NCBI GenBank assembly: GCA_038230375.1
Contig: JBBRNJ010000004.1
Location: 146,200 to 210,199, forward strand
Source: Polyangiales bacterium
GTDB taxonomy: Bacteria > Myxococcota_A > Polyangia > Polyangiales > Polyangiaceae
DNA: 64,000 nt
Direction of reading: 5' to 3'
In this document: positions 48,749 through 59,231 of the stretch, one piece after another
How the letters are laid out: each line of letters opens with the position of its first letter
Position numbering within the stretch: the stretch's first letter is position 1
Program-made: the position numbers and the translations under genes
Notes under the pieces: model-generated
Seen by the model: only the letters and a program-made list of their open reading frames with translations
The model's database searches: none
What the model was told of the DNA's origin: nothing

Positions 48749-49075
48749 TCAGTCGTCTTCGGGATCGTCGTAGGGGGCGGCCAGCTTGTGCGCTTCGTCG
48801 CGGAGCTTCTTGTGCGCGAGGATTTTCCGGAACAGCTCCCACGTGGATGGGTCCGAGAGGATCTCCATCGGCCCCTTTCCCTTCGCCTTCTTCGGGATGG
48901 AGGACGGGCCCTTCTTGCGAAGCTCTTCGATCTTGTCGATGTACTGCTTCGTCGGGAACAACTCGCCCTTCTCCCAGGCGAGCAGCGTCTTCTGCTCCAG
49001 CCCTAGCGCCTGCGCGAGCTCCTTCGCCGTGCATGCCAGGTCCTTGCGTGCGGCCTTCAGTTCGTCGGGGGTCAC
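48749..49075 (-). CDS. XRE-family HTH transcriptional regulator
   Basis: LKAARKDL..TAKELAQALGL..TLLAWEKGELFP. Confidence 0.85.
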   Translation of the reverse strand: MTPDELKAARKDLACTAKELAQALGLEQKTLLAWEKGELFPTKQYIDKIEELRKKGPSSIPKKAKGKGPMEILSDPSTWELFRKILAHKKLRDEAHKLAAPYDDPEDD

Positions 49076-49157
49076 GGCTCGGAAATACCACAGGTTGCGG
49101 ACGGCGATGGCGCGTGGTGCACGGTTTCTCCGCGGGAGTGCTACCATCGGAGTTCTT

Positions 49158-50279
49158 ATGCAGCTTGGTTCCGTGCTCTCGTCCCGAAGGCGCGCCGGCC
49201 TCCTCGGCCTCGCATGCGCGATCTCCGCCTCGTCGTTCCTCGTCTACGCGTGTGATGACGGGGGCAAGCCGGAGAACGTGACCGGCAGCGCCCTGGACGG
49301 CTCTGGGGGTCCACCCGCGGCGGACGTCGCCGTGGCCCCGGCGGATGGCAGCGCGCTCACGGCCACCATCAGATTCGTGCATCTTGCAGCTAATCTTGGC
49401 CCCGTGGATTTCTGCCTCCGCGGCGCTGGCGACGAGGCCTTCACCGGTCCCGTCCTTGGCGGCGGGCTCGGCCCCGACGGCGGCCAGGACGCAGGCGCGA
49501 CGAACGGCGACGGCGGTGACGCCCAGAGCGACGCAGCCACGGAGAGCGGCACGAACGAAGGCGGCGCAGACGGCTCCGCAACGGAAGAAGACCCCGCGCT
49601 CGCGCCGCGGACCATGACCAACTACGTGAGCTTCGCCGGCTCCGGCACGTTCGACGTCGCCGTCGTGTCCGCAGGCCAGAAGAGCTGCGCATCACCGCGC
49701 GCCACGCTGAAGGTCACCGTCGATCCGAGCAAGCTCACCACCGTCGTGCTGTCTGGCGACTACACCGCTGGTCCCGGCGGTACCGACGCCGGCGCGAGCG
49801 ATGGCGGCGCGGGCACCCTGCGCATCTTCCGCGTGCTGGACGACCCCACGCTGGACCCGAAGCAAGCGCGCGTGCGCATGGTCAATGCGGCGTTCGGCGC
49901 GTCGTCAGTCGGCAAGGCAGAAGATCTCCGCGTGGACGTGATCGGCTCGCAGAAGACGCCCATCACCGCGGACGTCGCGCTCGGCGCCGCAAGCAATCAG
50001 AGCGTATCAGCGCCCGTGACCGATGGCCTCGGCTACACACTGACAGCACCCGAGCCGCCCGCCAACGCGCTAACGCTCACCGGCGTCGCCCCCGCCTCCT
50101 TCACGGGCACGTGGACCAGCGTCTACACGGACCTCGGGCTCGTCGCCGCCTCCCTTCACACCGGCTTCATTGTCTCCGACGCCACCGACACGCTCTCCGT
50201 GCTCTGGTGCTCCGACACGAGCACCGTGGGCAAGCGAGTCGACTGCCGGATCCTGGGCAAGCCCGCAGGCGATCTCTAG
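49158..50279 (+). CDS. DUF4397-like lipoprotein
   Basis: VYAC lipobox; IRFVHLAANLGPVDFC and ARVRMVNA repeats. Confidence 0.7.
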   Translation: MQLGSVLSSRRRAGLLGLACAISASSFLVYACDDGGKPENVTGSALDGSGGPPAADVAVAPADGSALTATIRFVHLAANLGPVDFCLRGAGDEAFTGPVLGGGLGPDGGQDAGATNGDGGDAQSDAATESGTNEGGADGSATEEDPALAPRTMTNYVSFAGSGTFDVAVVSAGQKSCASPRATLKVTVDPSKLTTVVLSGDYTAGPGGTDAGASDGGAGTLRIFRVLDDPTLDPKQARVRMVNAAFGASSVGKAEDLRVDVIGSQKTPITADVALGAASNQSVSAPVTDGLGYTLTAPEPPANALTLTGVAPASFTGTWTSVYTDLGLVAASLHTGFIVSDATDTLSVLWCSDTSTVGKRVDCRILGKPAGDL

Positions 50280-51661
50280 GTCTGAGGCCCCGCGACGGTC
50301 ATCTTGGCCACGCGGAACGTAGGCGCCGCAGTGCTGGTCCGCAGATCCAGATCGGTGCCAACGGCGTCGATGGTCTGGAACAGCGCGTCGACGTTGAGCG
50401 AGATGGTGACCTCGCTGACGGCGGTGGTGAGCTCTCCGTTCTCGATGAGGAAGCCGCTCGCCCCGCGCGAGAAGTCGCCGGTGACTGCGTTGAAGCCGAA
50501 GCCCATCATGTCGGTGACGTAGAGCCCGCGCTTCGTGCCCGAGAGGATGCTCTCCGGCGAGTCCTTGCCGGGCTGGAAGACGAAGTTCGACGTGGAGCAA
50601 CCCACGCCCGCGCCGCCGCCACGCCCCGCGTTGCCCGTGCTCTCGCGCGAGAGCTTGCGCGCCGAGTAGCTGTCGCAGAGGTACGTGCGGAGCATGCCGT
50701 TCTCCACGACCATGTTCTTGCGGCTGGCCAGCCCCTCGCCATCGAACGGGCGTGAGCCGGGCGCGCGCGGAATGAGCGGATCGTCGATGACGGTGACCAG
50801 ATCGGATGCCACACGCGAGCCTTCACGACCCACGAGATAGCTTGATTTACGCCAGATCGAGCTCCCCATCACGCAGCTGGCAAGCAGCCCCAGGATGCTG
50901 CGCGCGGCGTCCGGATCGAAGATCACGGGCACCTCACACGTGGGGATGCTCTTCGCGCCAAGGCGACGCAGCGTGCGGCGGGCGGCCTCCTCGCCGACCT
51001 CCTTCGACGGCATGAGCTCGTTCAGGTAACGCTTTGCCGTCCAGTAAGAGCCGCGGCGCTTCTTGCCGCCCTCGTCGTCGGCGACCGGCACCACGGAGAG
51101 CGACTGGTACGAGCCCATCGAGGTCGCGCGGAAGCCGCTGGAGAGAATGATCGCGCTTCCACCCGCTGTGCGACCGAAGGTGGCGCCTTCGCTGTTGGTG
51201 ATGCGCTTGTCGAATGCGCGGGCGGCGTCCTCGGCCTCCTTGGCGATCGCCACGGCGCGCCCGGCGTCCACGCGACCGCCTTCGGGATCGTACAGGTCGA
51301 GGTCGGGCGCCTTCGTGGGATCACACAGCAGCTTGGGGTCGGCCGGGCCTGCGAACGGATCCTCCTGTGACAGCTCCACCAGCTCCAGCGCGTCCGACAC
51401 GAACCGCGCGATGCCGCGCTCGGTCAGGTCGCTCGTGGAGGTGCTCGCCACGCGCTTCCCCTTCATCACGCGCAGACCGGCGGAGCGATGCGACGCCTCT
51501 TCGACCAGCTCCGGCTCGCCCATGCGGACCTTCGCGGACAGCTCCGCGCCACGTCGGATCATGCACTCCGCGACGGTGGCGCCGCCCTTCGTCGCGGCCT
51601 CCGTGATGCGCACGCCCAGTGCGAGGAGCTCCGAGAGACCACCGTCGTTCGCGTCTGACAT
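50276..51661 (-). CDS. pmbA: TldE/PmbA family metalloprotease subunit
   Basis: SRPFDGEG, GFNAVTGDFSRGASGFLIENGE, EVTIS; lacks the TldD HExxxH motif. Confidence 0.85.
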   Translation of the reverse strand: MSDANDGGLSELLALGVRITEAATKGGATVAECMIRRGAELSAKVRMGEPELVEEASHRSAGLRVMKGKRVASTSTSDLTERGIARFVSDALELVELSQEDPFAGPADPKLLCDPTKAPDLDLYDPEGGRVDAGRAVAIAKEAEDAARAFDKRITNSEGATFGRTAGGSAIILSSGFRATSMGSYQSLSVVPVADDEGGKKRRGSYWTAKRYLNELMPSKEVGEEAARRTLRRLGAKSIPTCEVPVIFDPDAARSILGLLASCVMGSSIWRKSSYLVGREGSRVASDLVTVIDDPLIPRAPGSRPFDGEGLASRKNMVVENGMLRTYLCDSYSARKLSRESTGNAGRGGGAGVGCSTSNFVFQPGKDSPESILSGTKRGLYVTDMMGFGFNAVTGDFSRGASGFLIENGELTTAVSEVTISLNVDALFQTIDAVGTDLDLRTSTAAPTFRVAKMTVAGPQT

Positions 51662-51719
51662 GGACCCAGGAATAACACCCGGTCGCGTGCTCCTCCAGAC
51701 AAGAGAGCCGCCAGAGTCG

Positions 51720-52805
51720 TTAGATGGAAAGGTTCGCGACGTACTCCGCGATCTCTGGCAGCGGCAAGACCTGGGAAGCAAGGCCCGCCTTCACGACGGT
51801 GCCGGGCATTCCGTAGACGACCGCCGTCTCCTGCGACTCAGCAATGACGGTGCCGCCTGCTTCGCGGATCGCGCGAGCGCCTTCGAGCCCGTCGTCGCCC
51901 ATGCCGGTGAGCACCACGCCCACCGTGCGCGAGCCCATGGCGCGAGCGGCGCTCGCGAGCAGCCTGTCCGCGCTGGGAACGTAGCGATCGCCACTGGCTG
52001 GCGCCTGCACCTTGACGCGGAGCTCGGACTCGACGCTCACGACCTCCATGCACTGACGCCCCGGGCACACGAAGCCCGTGCCGCGCGCGATCTTGTCGCC
52101 GTCCTCGGCCTCACGCGTGCGGACGGTGCCGCGCTTGTCCAGTCGCTCGGCGAACGTGCGCGTGAACTTGTCGGGCATGTGCTGCGCAACGACGATCGCA
52201 CACGTGGTGTTCTGCGGCACCTTCGCAAACACCTCGAGGAGCGCGCTGGGTCCGCCGGTGGAGCTGCCGATCGCGACGAGGTAGCGCGGCGCCACGTACG
52301 CCCGGACCGACGGGGAACTGTCACGCGGATCGGTGGCAAAATTTCCGCTCAGCATGGAGCGACGCGACGGCGGTGCGACGAAGGTGCTCCGCAGCGAGCG
52401 GACCATCAGGACCTTCGCGAGGATCTGCTCCTTCAGCTCGTACGCGTCCTCCGGGATGCGCTGATCCGGCTTGGTGACGAAGTCCAGAGCGCCTAGCTCG
52501 AGCGCCTTGAAGACGTTCTCCTTCTGCGCGTAGGAGGACACCACGATCACGGGCGTGGGTTGCTTGCTCATCAAGATGCGAAGGAAGGTGAAACCGTCCA
52601 TCTTGGGCATCTCGAGGTCCAGCGTGATGACGTCCGGCTTGAGCAGCGACACCAGACGCAGCGCCTCTTCACCGTCGCCCGCCTTGCCCACGACCTCGAC
52701 GTCGCGCTGGTTCGCAAAGACGTCGGCGATGTTGCGTCGGTTCATCGCCGAGTCATCCACGACGAGCAAGCGAAGCGGGCTCTGGCCTGCAGACGGTGTC
52801 TTCAA
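51720..52805 (-). CDS. cheB: Chemotaxis methylesterase CheB (REC + esterase)
   Basis: VVDDS, TLDLEMP, GSSTGG, QHMP, LTGMGDDG. Confidence 0.95.
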   Translation of the reverse strand: MKTPSAGQSPLRLLVVDDSAMNRRNIADVFANQRDVEVVGKAGDGEEALRLVSLLKPDVITLDLEMPKMDGFTFLRILMSKQPTPVIVVSSYAQKENVFKALELGALDFVTKPDQRIPEDAYELKEQILAKVLMVRSLRSTFVAPPSRRSMLSGNFATDPRDSSPSVRAYVAPRYLVAIGSSTGGPSALLEVFAKVPQNTTCAIVVAQHMPDKFTRTFAERLDKRGTVRTREAEDGDKIARGTGFVCPGRQCMEVVSVESELRVKVQAPASGDRYVPSADRLLASAARAMGSRTVGVVLTGMGDDGLEGARAIREAGGTVIAESQETAVVYGMPGTVVKAGLASQVLPLPEIAEYVANLSI

Positions 52806-53668
52806 GGTGTGCCTGGGGGCCTCTTGTACACGAGGTCTTCCTTCAGATGATACAGCTCAAAGGCCGTCGTGACGTTCAAAAGCGACTCGGAGTGGCCGAG
52901 CATGAGGACGCCGCCGGGCCGCAGCTGCTCGTACAGCGTGGAGATCACCCGCTTGCGCGCGTCGTCCGTGAGGTAGATGAGCACGTTCCTGCAGAAGATG
53001 GCGTCCACCTGTCCGACCACGCTGGTCTTCTCCGCGTCCGTCAGGTTCATCTGCCCGAAATGGCACAGCGCGCGAATCGACTTGCCGACCTCGATGTCGC
53101 CATCCACGCGTCGGTCGAAGTACGAAGTGTACGCCGCAGGGATCGACGAACGGAACGAGCTCTTGCCGTAGATCCCGCGCCGCGCGAAGGAGACGCACTT
53201 CTTGCTGATGTCGGACCCATACACGCGCACGTCCCAGTCATCCACGAGCCCCGACGCAAGCACGAGCGTGGCAATGGTGTAGGCCTCCTCGCCGGTGGAG
53301 CAGCCTGCGCTCCAGATGGAGAGCCGGCGGGTCGTCTTCTTCTCCTTCGCGAGCAGCGGAAGGAGCTCCTCCTGGAACGCGCGGAGCTGGTAGTCCTCGC
53401 GAAAGAAGTACGTCTCGTGCGTCGTCATCACGTCAATGGCCTCTTCCATCTCGGCGCGCGCGTGCGGATGGAAGCGGAGCACCTGGTAGTACTCGGAGAA
53501 GCTCTTCAGGTTCAGTGCCACCAGGCGATCGCGCAGCCGTCGCTCCATGGAGAAGCGAGACTGCGGGCCCAGCGAGAGGCCCGCGACGCCGCGAAACAGC
53601 TCGCAGAAGAGCGCGTGCTCTTCCGGCTTGAGCTCGAGCTCCTCGCGGAACGGAGAGAAGCGCGACAT
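52802..53668 (-). CDS. cheR: Chemotaxis methyltransferase CheR
   Basis: TTHETYFFRE, WSAGCSTGEEAY, IFCRNVLIY, LGHSE. Confidence 0.95.
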   Translation of the reverse strand: MSRFSPFREELELKPEEHALFCELFRGVAGLSLGPQSRFSMERRLRDRLVALNLKSFSEYYQVLRFHPHARAEMEEAIDVMTTHETYFFREDYQLRAFQEELLPLLAKEKKTTRRLSIWSAGCSTGEEAYTIATLVLASGLVDDWDVRVYGSDISKKCVSFARRGIYGKSSFRSSIPAAYTSYFDRRVDGDIEVGKSIRALCHFGQMNLTDAEKTSVVGQVDAIFCRNVLIYLTDDARKRVISTLYEQLRPGGVLMLGHSESLLNVTTAFELYHLKEDLVYKRPPGTP

Positions 53669-53670
53669 TC

Positions 53671-55455
53671 CTACGCGTCCGACTCCGCGCGCGCGAGGGT
53701 GAACGAGATCGCCGCGCGCATCGTGTCGTCGGTCTCCTTCTTCAGGCGCTCGGACAGGAGGCGTCGCGCGATCTCTGCTTGCCCTTCCGATAGGTGACGG
53801 AGCGCATCGAACGCCGCACCCAGCAGCGACGCGTCCTTGGAGCGACCAAGGACCTGGGTGAGCGTCTCCGTCTCGCCCAGCGCCGCGAGTGATCGCACGG
53901 CTGCGAGCGCGGCGCTCGGCTCCTCGTCCGCGACAGCGAACGTGACGGCATCACGCGCGTCCGAATTGCCAGTGAACCCGCCAAGACCCTCGATGGCGGC
54001 CGTGCGAACGCGCGGCTCCGGATGCCCCGCGGCGCGCACCAGATAGCCGATGCGCTTCTGCCCGTCGTCGGGCTCGCTCGCGGCGGCTGGGGCGCATGCG
54101 GCCAGCACGCACCCCGCAAGGTCCACGTCCGCGCGCGAGGCCGCACGCACCCATGCGGCGCCCGCGGCGTCCGGATACAGCTCCGCGAGCGCCGCGATCG
54201 TGTGAGACGCGGCCACGCACACGCTCGGATTCTGCGAGGAGGAGAGCACGCGGACCTGCTCCAGATCCTGCGCTTGCCCGAGCTCCGAGAGACCACGCAG
54301 CGCAGCAACGACCACATCGGGCTCTGCGGCCGTGAGCGCCTCGCGCAGCAGGAGCACGGCATCGCCATCACGCGATACGAGCGGCACCATGGAGATCGCG
54401 GCACCGCGCGCCACGGGCCCCGCTGTCTTCGTTGCGGTGAGCAGGCCGGTTCCGTCGTTCTGGCCGTAGAACCGGAGCGAGCGCTCCGCCGCCTCGGCGA
54501 TCTGATCGTCCGCCAGCGCGTCGACGAAGAGCGAGGCGTCCTCTGGCGCGCGAGCGAGCGACAGCGCGAGGATCGCGCCAGACCGCACCTCCGTGTCCTC
54601 CGACGACGCCAGCAGCAGGCGCAGCAGCGCGAGCACCTCCGTCTGGGGCGCCAGCGTGCGCTCCACGATCGAAAGCTCCTCCACGCCTGCGATCTGGATG
54701 CGATGGCAGAGCGTGCGAAGCGCCTCGCGCACCACTGTTCGCTGCGGATCCTTGAGCGCCATGGCAGACAGTAGAGCCGCGCGCTTCTCCGGCACGTGAC
54801 GGAGCAACCGCACCGCCGCCGCACGCAGCAGCGGGTCCTCCAGTGTCTGCTCCACGAGCGGCAAGGGCAGGACCGCTGACAGCGCGTCGAGCGAGCGCAG
54901 ACATGCGAGCCGCAGCTCCGTGGAGAGCTCCTGGGCGACGAGCGCCGACAGGAGATCGCGCGCTGCACCCGTGCGCCCCTTCACCGAGGCCAGCGCCTCG
55001 ACCCCGGCGATCCGCACGTTCTCGTCGGGGTCGGACAGCGCGCGCGCGAGCACGGCCACCGCGCCCTCGTCGCTCGCGCCCACCAGCACCTCCACCGCCA
55101 GCTTTCGGCCGTCCGCGTCCAGCGTGTCGAACGCGCGCCCCGCCGCCTGCGTCGCATCCGTCCCCAGCGCGCGCAGCGCGAGCACCGCCGCGTTGCGGAG
55201 GCCGATGTTGTCCTTCTTGTCGAGGAGGCCCTCGAGCATGGCGAGCACCGCCGCACGCGGCCTCATGGTCTGCGCCGACGTGACCGCTTCCTTGCGCACG
55301 CGCCAATCGGAGTCACCAAGTGCCTGCGCAAGCAGCGGCGCGCACGCCTCCGCATCCAGCTGCGCGAGCGAGCGAGCTGCAATGCGCCGGACCTCGGGCT
55401 CCGCGCTTTTCAGGTCGGTGGCAACAGCGGCGGCGTCCGTCATGGCGACGCTCAC
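53671..55455 (-). CDS. HEAT repeat protein within the che cluster
   Basis: Repeated LxDxDxxVRxxA units (LGDSDWRVRKEA, LSDPDENVRIAG). Confidence 0.85.
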   Translation of the reverse strand: MSVAMTDAAAVATDLKSAEPEVRRIAARSLAQLDAEACAPLLAQALGDSDWRVRKEAVTSAQTMRPRAAVLAMLEGLLDKKDNIGLRNAAVLALRALGTDATQAAGRAFDTLDADGRKLAVEVLVGASDEGAVAVLARALSDPDENVRIAGVEALASVKGRTGAARDLLSALVAQELSTELRLACLRSLDALSAVLPLPLVEQTLEDPLLRAAAVRLLRHVPEKRAALLSAMALKDPQRTVVREALRTLCHRIQIAGVEELSIVERTLAPQTEVLALLRLLLASSEDTEVRSGAILALSLARAPEDASLFVDALADDQIAEAAERSLRFYGQNDGTGLLTATKTAGPVARGAAISMVPLVSRDGDAVLLLREALTAAEPDVVVAALRGLSELGQAQDLEQVRVLSSSQNPSVCVAASHTIAALAELYPDAAGAAWVRAASRADVDLAGCVLAACAPAAASEPDDGQKRIGYLVRAAGHPEPRVRTAAIEGLGGFTGNSDARDAVTFAVADEEPSAALAAVRSLAALGETETLTQVLGRSKDASLLGAAFDALRHLSEGQAEIARRLLSERLKKETDDTMRAAISFTLARAESDA

Positions 55456-55967
55456 GGCGACGATTCTAGCGCGGTGGGCAGGGCGACACCGTCGGTCACG
55501 GCCTTCAGCGTGGGAATGTCCAGGACGAAGACCAGCTTGTCCCCGTGGCTCGCGACCTGCGAAATTCCGCGCTCGCGCTCACCGCCGCCCAGCAGAGGAG
55601 CAGTCCGCAGCGCCACGTCCGCAGTTCCGAAGACCTCCGTCACCGAGTCCACGACGAGCGCGATGAACTTCCCGCCGATATCCAGGATGATCCATTTCGT
55701 CCGGCGCGTGTCGGTGGCGGCAGGCAAGCCAAGGCGGATGCGCATGTCAACCACGGGCACCACGTCGCCAAGATAGTCCGCAACGCCGGGGATGGAGATG
55801 GGCGCCCTTGGGAGGGGCACGACGGCGCGCGGGTTCACGATCTCGCGCACGGCATGGACGGGCACGGCATAGGACACGTCGCCCACCACGAAGCCGACGA
55901 GGCTCTTGTCCGCGTCGTGCCTGCGGGTGCCGTGTGATCTGACTCTGCTGCCGCGCATGTTCTTCAT
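55452..55967 (-). CDS. cheW: Chemotaxis adaptor CheW
   Basis: YAVPVHAVREIV, GDVVPVVDMR, LVVDSVTEV. Confidence 0.9.
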   Translation of the reverse strand: MKNMRGSRVRSHGTRRHDADKSLVGFVVGDVSYAVPVHAVREIVNPRAVVPLPRAPISIPGVADYLGDVVPVVDMRIRLGLPAATDTRRTKWIILDIGGKFIALVVDSVTEVFGTADVALRTAPLLGGGERERGISQVASHGDKLVFVLDIPTLKAVTDGVALPTALESSP

Positions 55968-56503
55968 CCTCCGATGATCGGTCGAAGGTCGAGCAGCACG
56001 AGTAGCGGGCCCCCGTGCGGACGCCCGACGCCGGTGATGTGCGCGGGCTGATCGCCGCCCAGCGCGCTGGCCGGCTCGATCTCGTCCTCGGCCAGGCGGT
56101 ACACCTGCAGCACCTCGTCCACGATGAAGCCCATGAACTCCTCGCCGGTGTCCACGAGCAGGATGCGCGTCTTCGATTCGCTCGGCGCGCCCGTCTTGGC
56201 CTCCGCGATCGAGAAGCGGCGCTTCAGGTCCAGCACGGTGACGAGCCGCCCGCGAACGCTCATGACGCCCACGACATCCTTTCGGGCGCGCGGCACCTCG
56301 GTGATGGGCAGCGGCTTCAGGATCTCCCCGATGTGCGAGATATGCACGGCATACGGGTCGTCGCCGAGCACGAACGCAAGGTACTCCTCCAGGTTGCCGG
56401 CCTGCGTGCGACGCACGGTGCCGCGCCGCTCCGGCTTGCGGAGCGACCGGTCCGTGTACTTGTCGATCGCGCGAGGCGTGCGGGGTGTGCGTGCTTCGCT
56501 CAT
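55964..56503 (-). CDS. cheW: Chemotaxis adaptor CheW
   Basis: YLAFVLG, ITEVP, GVMSVRGRLVTVLDL, GFIVDEV. Confidence 0.9.
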   Translation of the reverse strand: MSEARTPRTPRAIDKYTDRSLRKPERRGTVRRTQAGNLEEYLAFVLGDDPYAVHISHIGEILKPLPITEVPRARKDVVGVMSVRGRLVTVLDLKRRFSIAEAKTGAPSESKTRILLVDTGEEFMGFIVDEVLQVYRLAEDEIEPASALGGDQPAHITGVGRPHGGPLLVLLDLRPIIGG

Positions 56504-58725
56504 TGCAGCCCTCGCTCGGCAAGCTTCTGCGGCCCATCGGCGAGCACCTCGTCGATGAGCGAGGCCACGTCGAGCACGAGCCCGACCCTCTGATCGCCCA
56601 GCTCGGTGGCGCCGGCGAAGCCGCGCACTTCGGCCAGGGATTTGCCGAGCGCCTTCACGACGATGTCCTGCTGTCCGATCAGCTTGTCCACCACGAAGCC
56701 CACGCGCCGCTCGCCCACCGAGCCGATGACGACGTACGACCGATGGCTCTTCCGCGGGCGCTCCTCCATCCGGAACATGCGTGCAAGACGCGCGATCGTG
56801 AGCGTGGCGCCACGCTGGGTCATCACCTCGCGCCCCTCCACCACGCGAACGGCGGCCTCGTCGAAGACGATCGCCTCCTCGACGCTCGCGAGCGGTACGG
56901 CCAAGATCTGGTCCCGCACCTCCACGAAGAGCACGCTGATGATCGCGAGCGTGATCGGAAGAACGATGGTGACCTTGGTGCCTATGCCGAGCTCGCTGGT
57001 GATGTCGACCACGCCACCGAGCTTGGCGATGTTGGTCTTCACGATATCCATGCCCACACCGCGGCCCGACAGGCTCGTGGCCTCGTCGCGGGTGGAGAAG
57101 CCTGGCGTGAAGACGAACGCGAGGATCTCCTTCGCGGTGAGGCTCTGCGCCTCGTCGGCGACCACCATGCCGCGGCGCACGGCAATCTCCACGATGCGTC
57201 GCGGGTCCATGCCGGCGCCGTCGTCCTCGACCTCGATGACGACGTGGTTTCCCTTCTGGAATGCGTTCAGCGCGATGGTGCCGACGATGGGCTTGCCCAC
57301 GCGCATGCGGCCGTCGCGGTCCTCGATACCGTGGTCGATCGCGTTTCGGATCATGTGCATGAGCGGATCCGACAGCTCCTCCACGATGAGCTTGTCGATC
57401 TCCGTCTCCGCACCCGTGATCACGAAATTGACCTGTTTGTCCGCCTCGCGCGACAGCTGACGCACGATGCGCGCGAGCTTGTCGAACACCTGCCCGAGCG
57501 GCACCATGCGCACCTCGAGGATGCCGTTCTGCATCTGCATCAGGTGCCGATCGAACGCGCGGTGCACGCGCTCCATGTCAGAGGCGAAGTCGCGCAGCTC
57601 GGGGCGCGCCCGGACGCGCTCACCCATGCGCGCCAGCATGCTGCGCACGATCGCGAGCTCGCCGACGATGTTCATGAGCGAGTCGAGCTTGCGGATGTCC
57701 ACGCGCACGGTCTGGCTCACGCTCTTGAGCGACAGCTCGCGCGGGCCTGGCTCACGGGCGTTCTCCATGCGCGCCGTCTGATCGCGTTCGCGGATCGGCG
57801 GGGGCGCGCCGCTCTGGAATGCGGTGGGCGGTGGCGGCACGGAGGTGCGCGCCTGATGGGGAAGCGCGTCGAACGTTGCCGGCGGCGGGAAGAAATCCGA
57901 TACGTCGGAGCCGCCCTTGGTGGGAATGATGGACGGACCAGCGGGCTGGTAGGGCTCGGCCTGCGGGCCTGCGTCGCGGCGGCGCACCTCGTCGATGGTG
58001 ATGTTGAAGCCCGTGATCTGCGCGCGCAGCGTGGCGAGGGGCGTGCGCGTGGCGACCAGGATCTCCAGCTCCACGGCGTCGGGGTCAGTGCCCTCGCCGG
58101 TGGGGAGGTACGTGATGATCTCGCCGTGCGGGCGTGTCTTCGCCTTCAGCTCGTCCAGCGCGGAGTCGATCGTCGCGAGCTGGAACGCGACGCGCAGCTT
58201 GAACAGCGACAGCCCAGCCTGAAGGTTGGTGCGAAGGCGATGCTCCTCGTACTCGGTGAGGACGCCGAGCAGCCCAGGGTCGAGCTCGTACTGGGCCACG
58301 ACGCTGCCGCCGCCGCCGGCCTTGTTCTGCGCGACCTGACCGAGCGAGACGAGCAGCGTCTTCACCTCGTCTGCGGGCTCGGGACCGTCGCCCTTTGCGG
58401 CGGAGAGGATCTTTCCGTAGAGCTCCACAGCGCGGAAGAGCAGGTCCAGCACGAGGGGCGTGAGCTCGATGCGGCCCAACCGCAGATCGTCGAGGAGATC
58501 CTCGAGCTCGTGCGAGAGGCCTGACATCATCGCAGCGCCGAACAGGCCCGAGAGCCCCTTCAGCGTGTGCACCGCGCGGAAGACGTCGTTCACGAGCTCC
58601 GCGTCGGAGCCACCGGTCTTGATGACCTCGTCGAGCGCAAGCAGGTCGCGCGAGAGCCCGTCGACTATTTCCTGTGCCTCGGAGAAGAACTCGTCCTTTG
58701 CCTTGTCGATGTCCCTGTCCGCCAT
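56500..58725 (-). CDS. cheA: Chemotaxis histidine kinase CheA
   Basis: FRAVHTLKG Hpt, VRVDIRKLD, HMIRNAIDHGIE, DDGAG, GRGVGMD, C-terminal CheW-like domain. Confidence 0.97.
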   Translation of the reverse strand: MADRDIDKAKDEFFSEAQEIVDGLSRDLLALDEVIKTGGSDAELVNDVFRAVHTLKGLSGLFGAAMMSGLSHELEDLLDDLRLGRIELTPLVLDLLFRAVELYGKILSAAKGDGPEPADEVKTLLVSLGQVAQNKAGGGGSVVAQYELDPGLLGVLTEYEEHRLRTNLQAGLSLFKLRVAFQLATIDSALDELKAKTRPHGEIITYLPTGEGTDPDAVELEILVATRTPLATLRAQITGFNITIDEVRRRDAGPQAEPYQPAGPSIIPTKGGSDVSDFFPPPATFDALPHQARTSVPPPPTAFQSGAPPPIRERDQTARMENAREPGPRELSLKSVSQTVRVDIRKLDSLMNIVGELAIVRSMLARMGERVRARPELRDFASDMERVHRAFDRHLMQMQNGILEVRMVPLGQVFDKLARIVRQLSREADKQVNFVITGAETEIDKLIVEELSDPLMHMIRNAIDHGIEDRDGRMRVGKPIVGTIALNAFQKGNHVVIEVEDDGAGMDPRRIVEIAVRRGMVVADEAQSLTAKEILAFVFTPGFSTRDEATSLSGRGVGMDIVKTNIAKLGGVVDITSELGIGTKVTIVLPITLAIISVLFVEVRDQILAVPLASVEEAIVFDEAAVRVVEGREVMTQRGATLTIARLARMFRMEERPRKSHRSYVVIGSVGERRVGFVVDKLIGQQDIVVKALGKSLAEVRGFAGATELGDQRVGLVLDVASLIDEVLADGPQKLAERGLQ

Positions 58726-58726
58726 C

Positions 58727-59167
58727 TCAGGGGCCCGCCTTCTGGGCGGCGCGCAGCTTCGCGGACGGAGTCACGGGCGCGCGCAGCAGAGAGATGCATG
58801 CCTCGCGCAGCCCCTCGCGCGTGAACGGCTTCGCGACGAACGCGTTGGCGCCCAGCGAGAGCCCGCGCGAGATGTCGCGCTCCGCGGCCTGCGTGGAGAT
58901 GACCAGGATCGGCGTGTCCTTCGTGTGTGGGGACTTGCGAATGAACTGGATCAGCTCCAGCCCGTTGATGTCCGGCATGTTGATGTCGGTCACGACCAGG
59001 TCGAAGTGCCCGCGCGGCAGGAAGCGCATCGCGTCGAAGCCGCTCTCCGCTTCCGTCACCTCCACGCCCAGACGGCCGGCGCTGCGCTCGAATTCTGGAT
59101 CTTCGAGGATGGCGCGCACCAGCGCACGGGTGGAGGAAGAGTCTTCGACGACGAGGATCCGGAGCAT
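58727..59167 (-). CDS. cheY: CheY-like single-domain response regulator
   Basis: ILVVEDS, VTDINMPDING, IST, AKPF; first gene of the che cluster. Confidence 0.8.
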   Translation of the reverse strand: MLRILVVEDSSSTRALVRAILEDPEFERSAGRLGVEVTEAESGFDAMRFLPRGHFDLVVTDINMPDINGLELIQFIRKSPHTKDTPILVISTQAAERDISRGLSLGANAFVAKPFTREGLREACISLLRAPVTPSAKLRAAQKAGP

Positions 59168-59231
59168 CGAGCGCTGTTTCGATGGTATCGCCAATCGCCC
59201 GCCTGTCCCGAAATTTCGGTATGATCAGCGG

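Noticed and set aside
50276..51661. TldD/E-linked RiPP biosynthetic cluster
   Set aside because: Only the non-catalytic PmbA/TldE-type subunit is present; no tldD, YcaO or precursor nearby.
55455..55470. Internal leaderless promoter (TAGAAT-7nt-GTG) for the HEAT gene
   Set aside because: Lies within cheW coding sequence and the gene is already GTGA-coupled; cannot be distinguished from chance.
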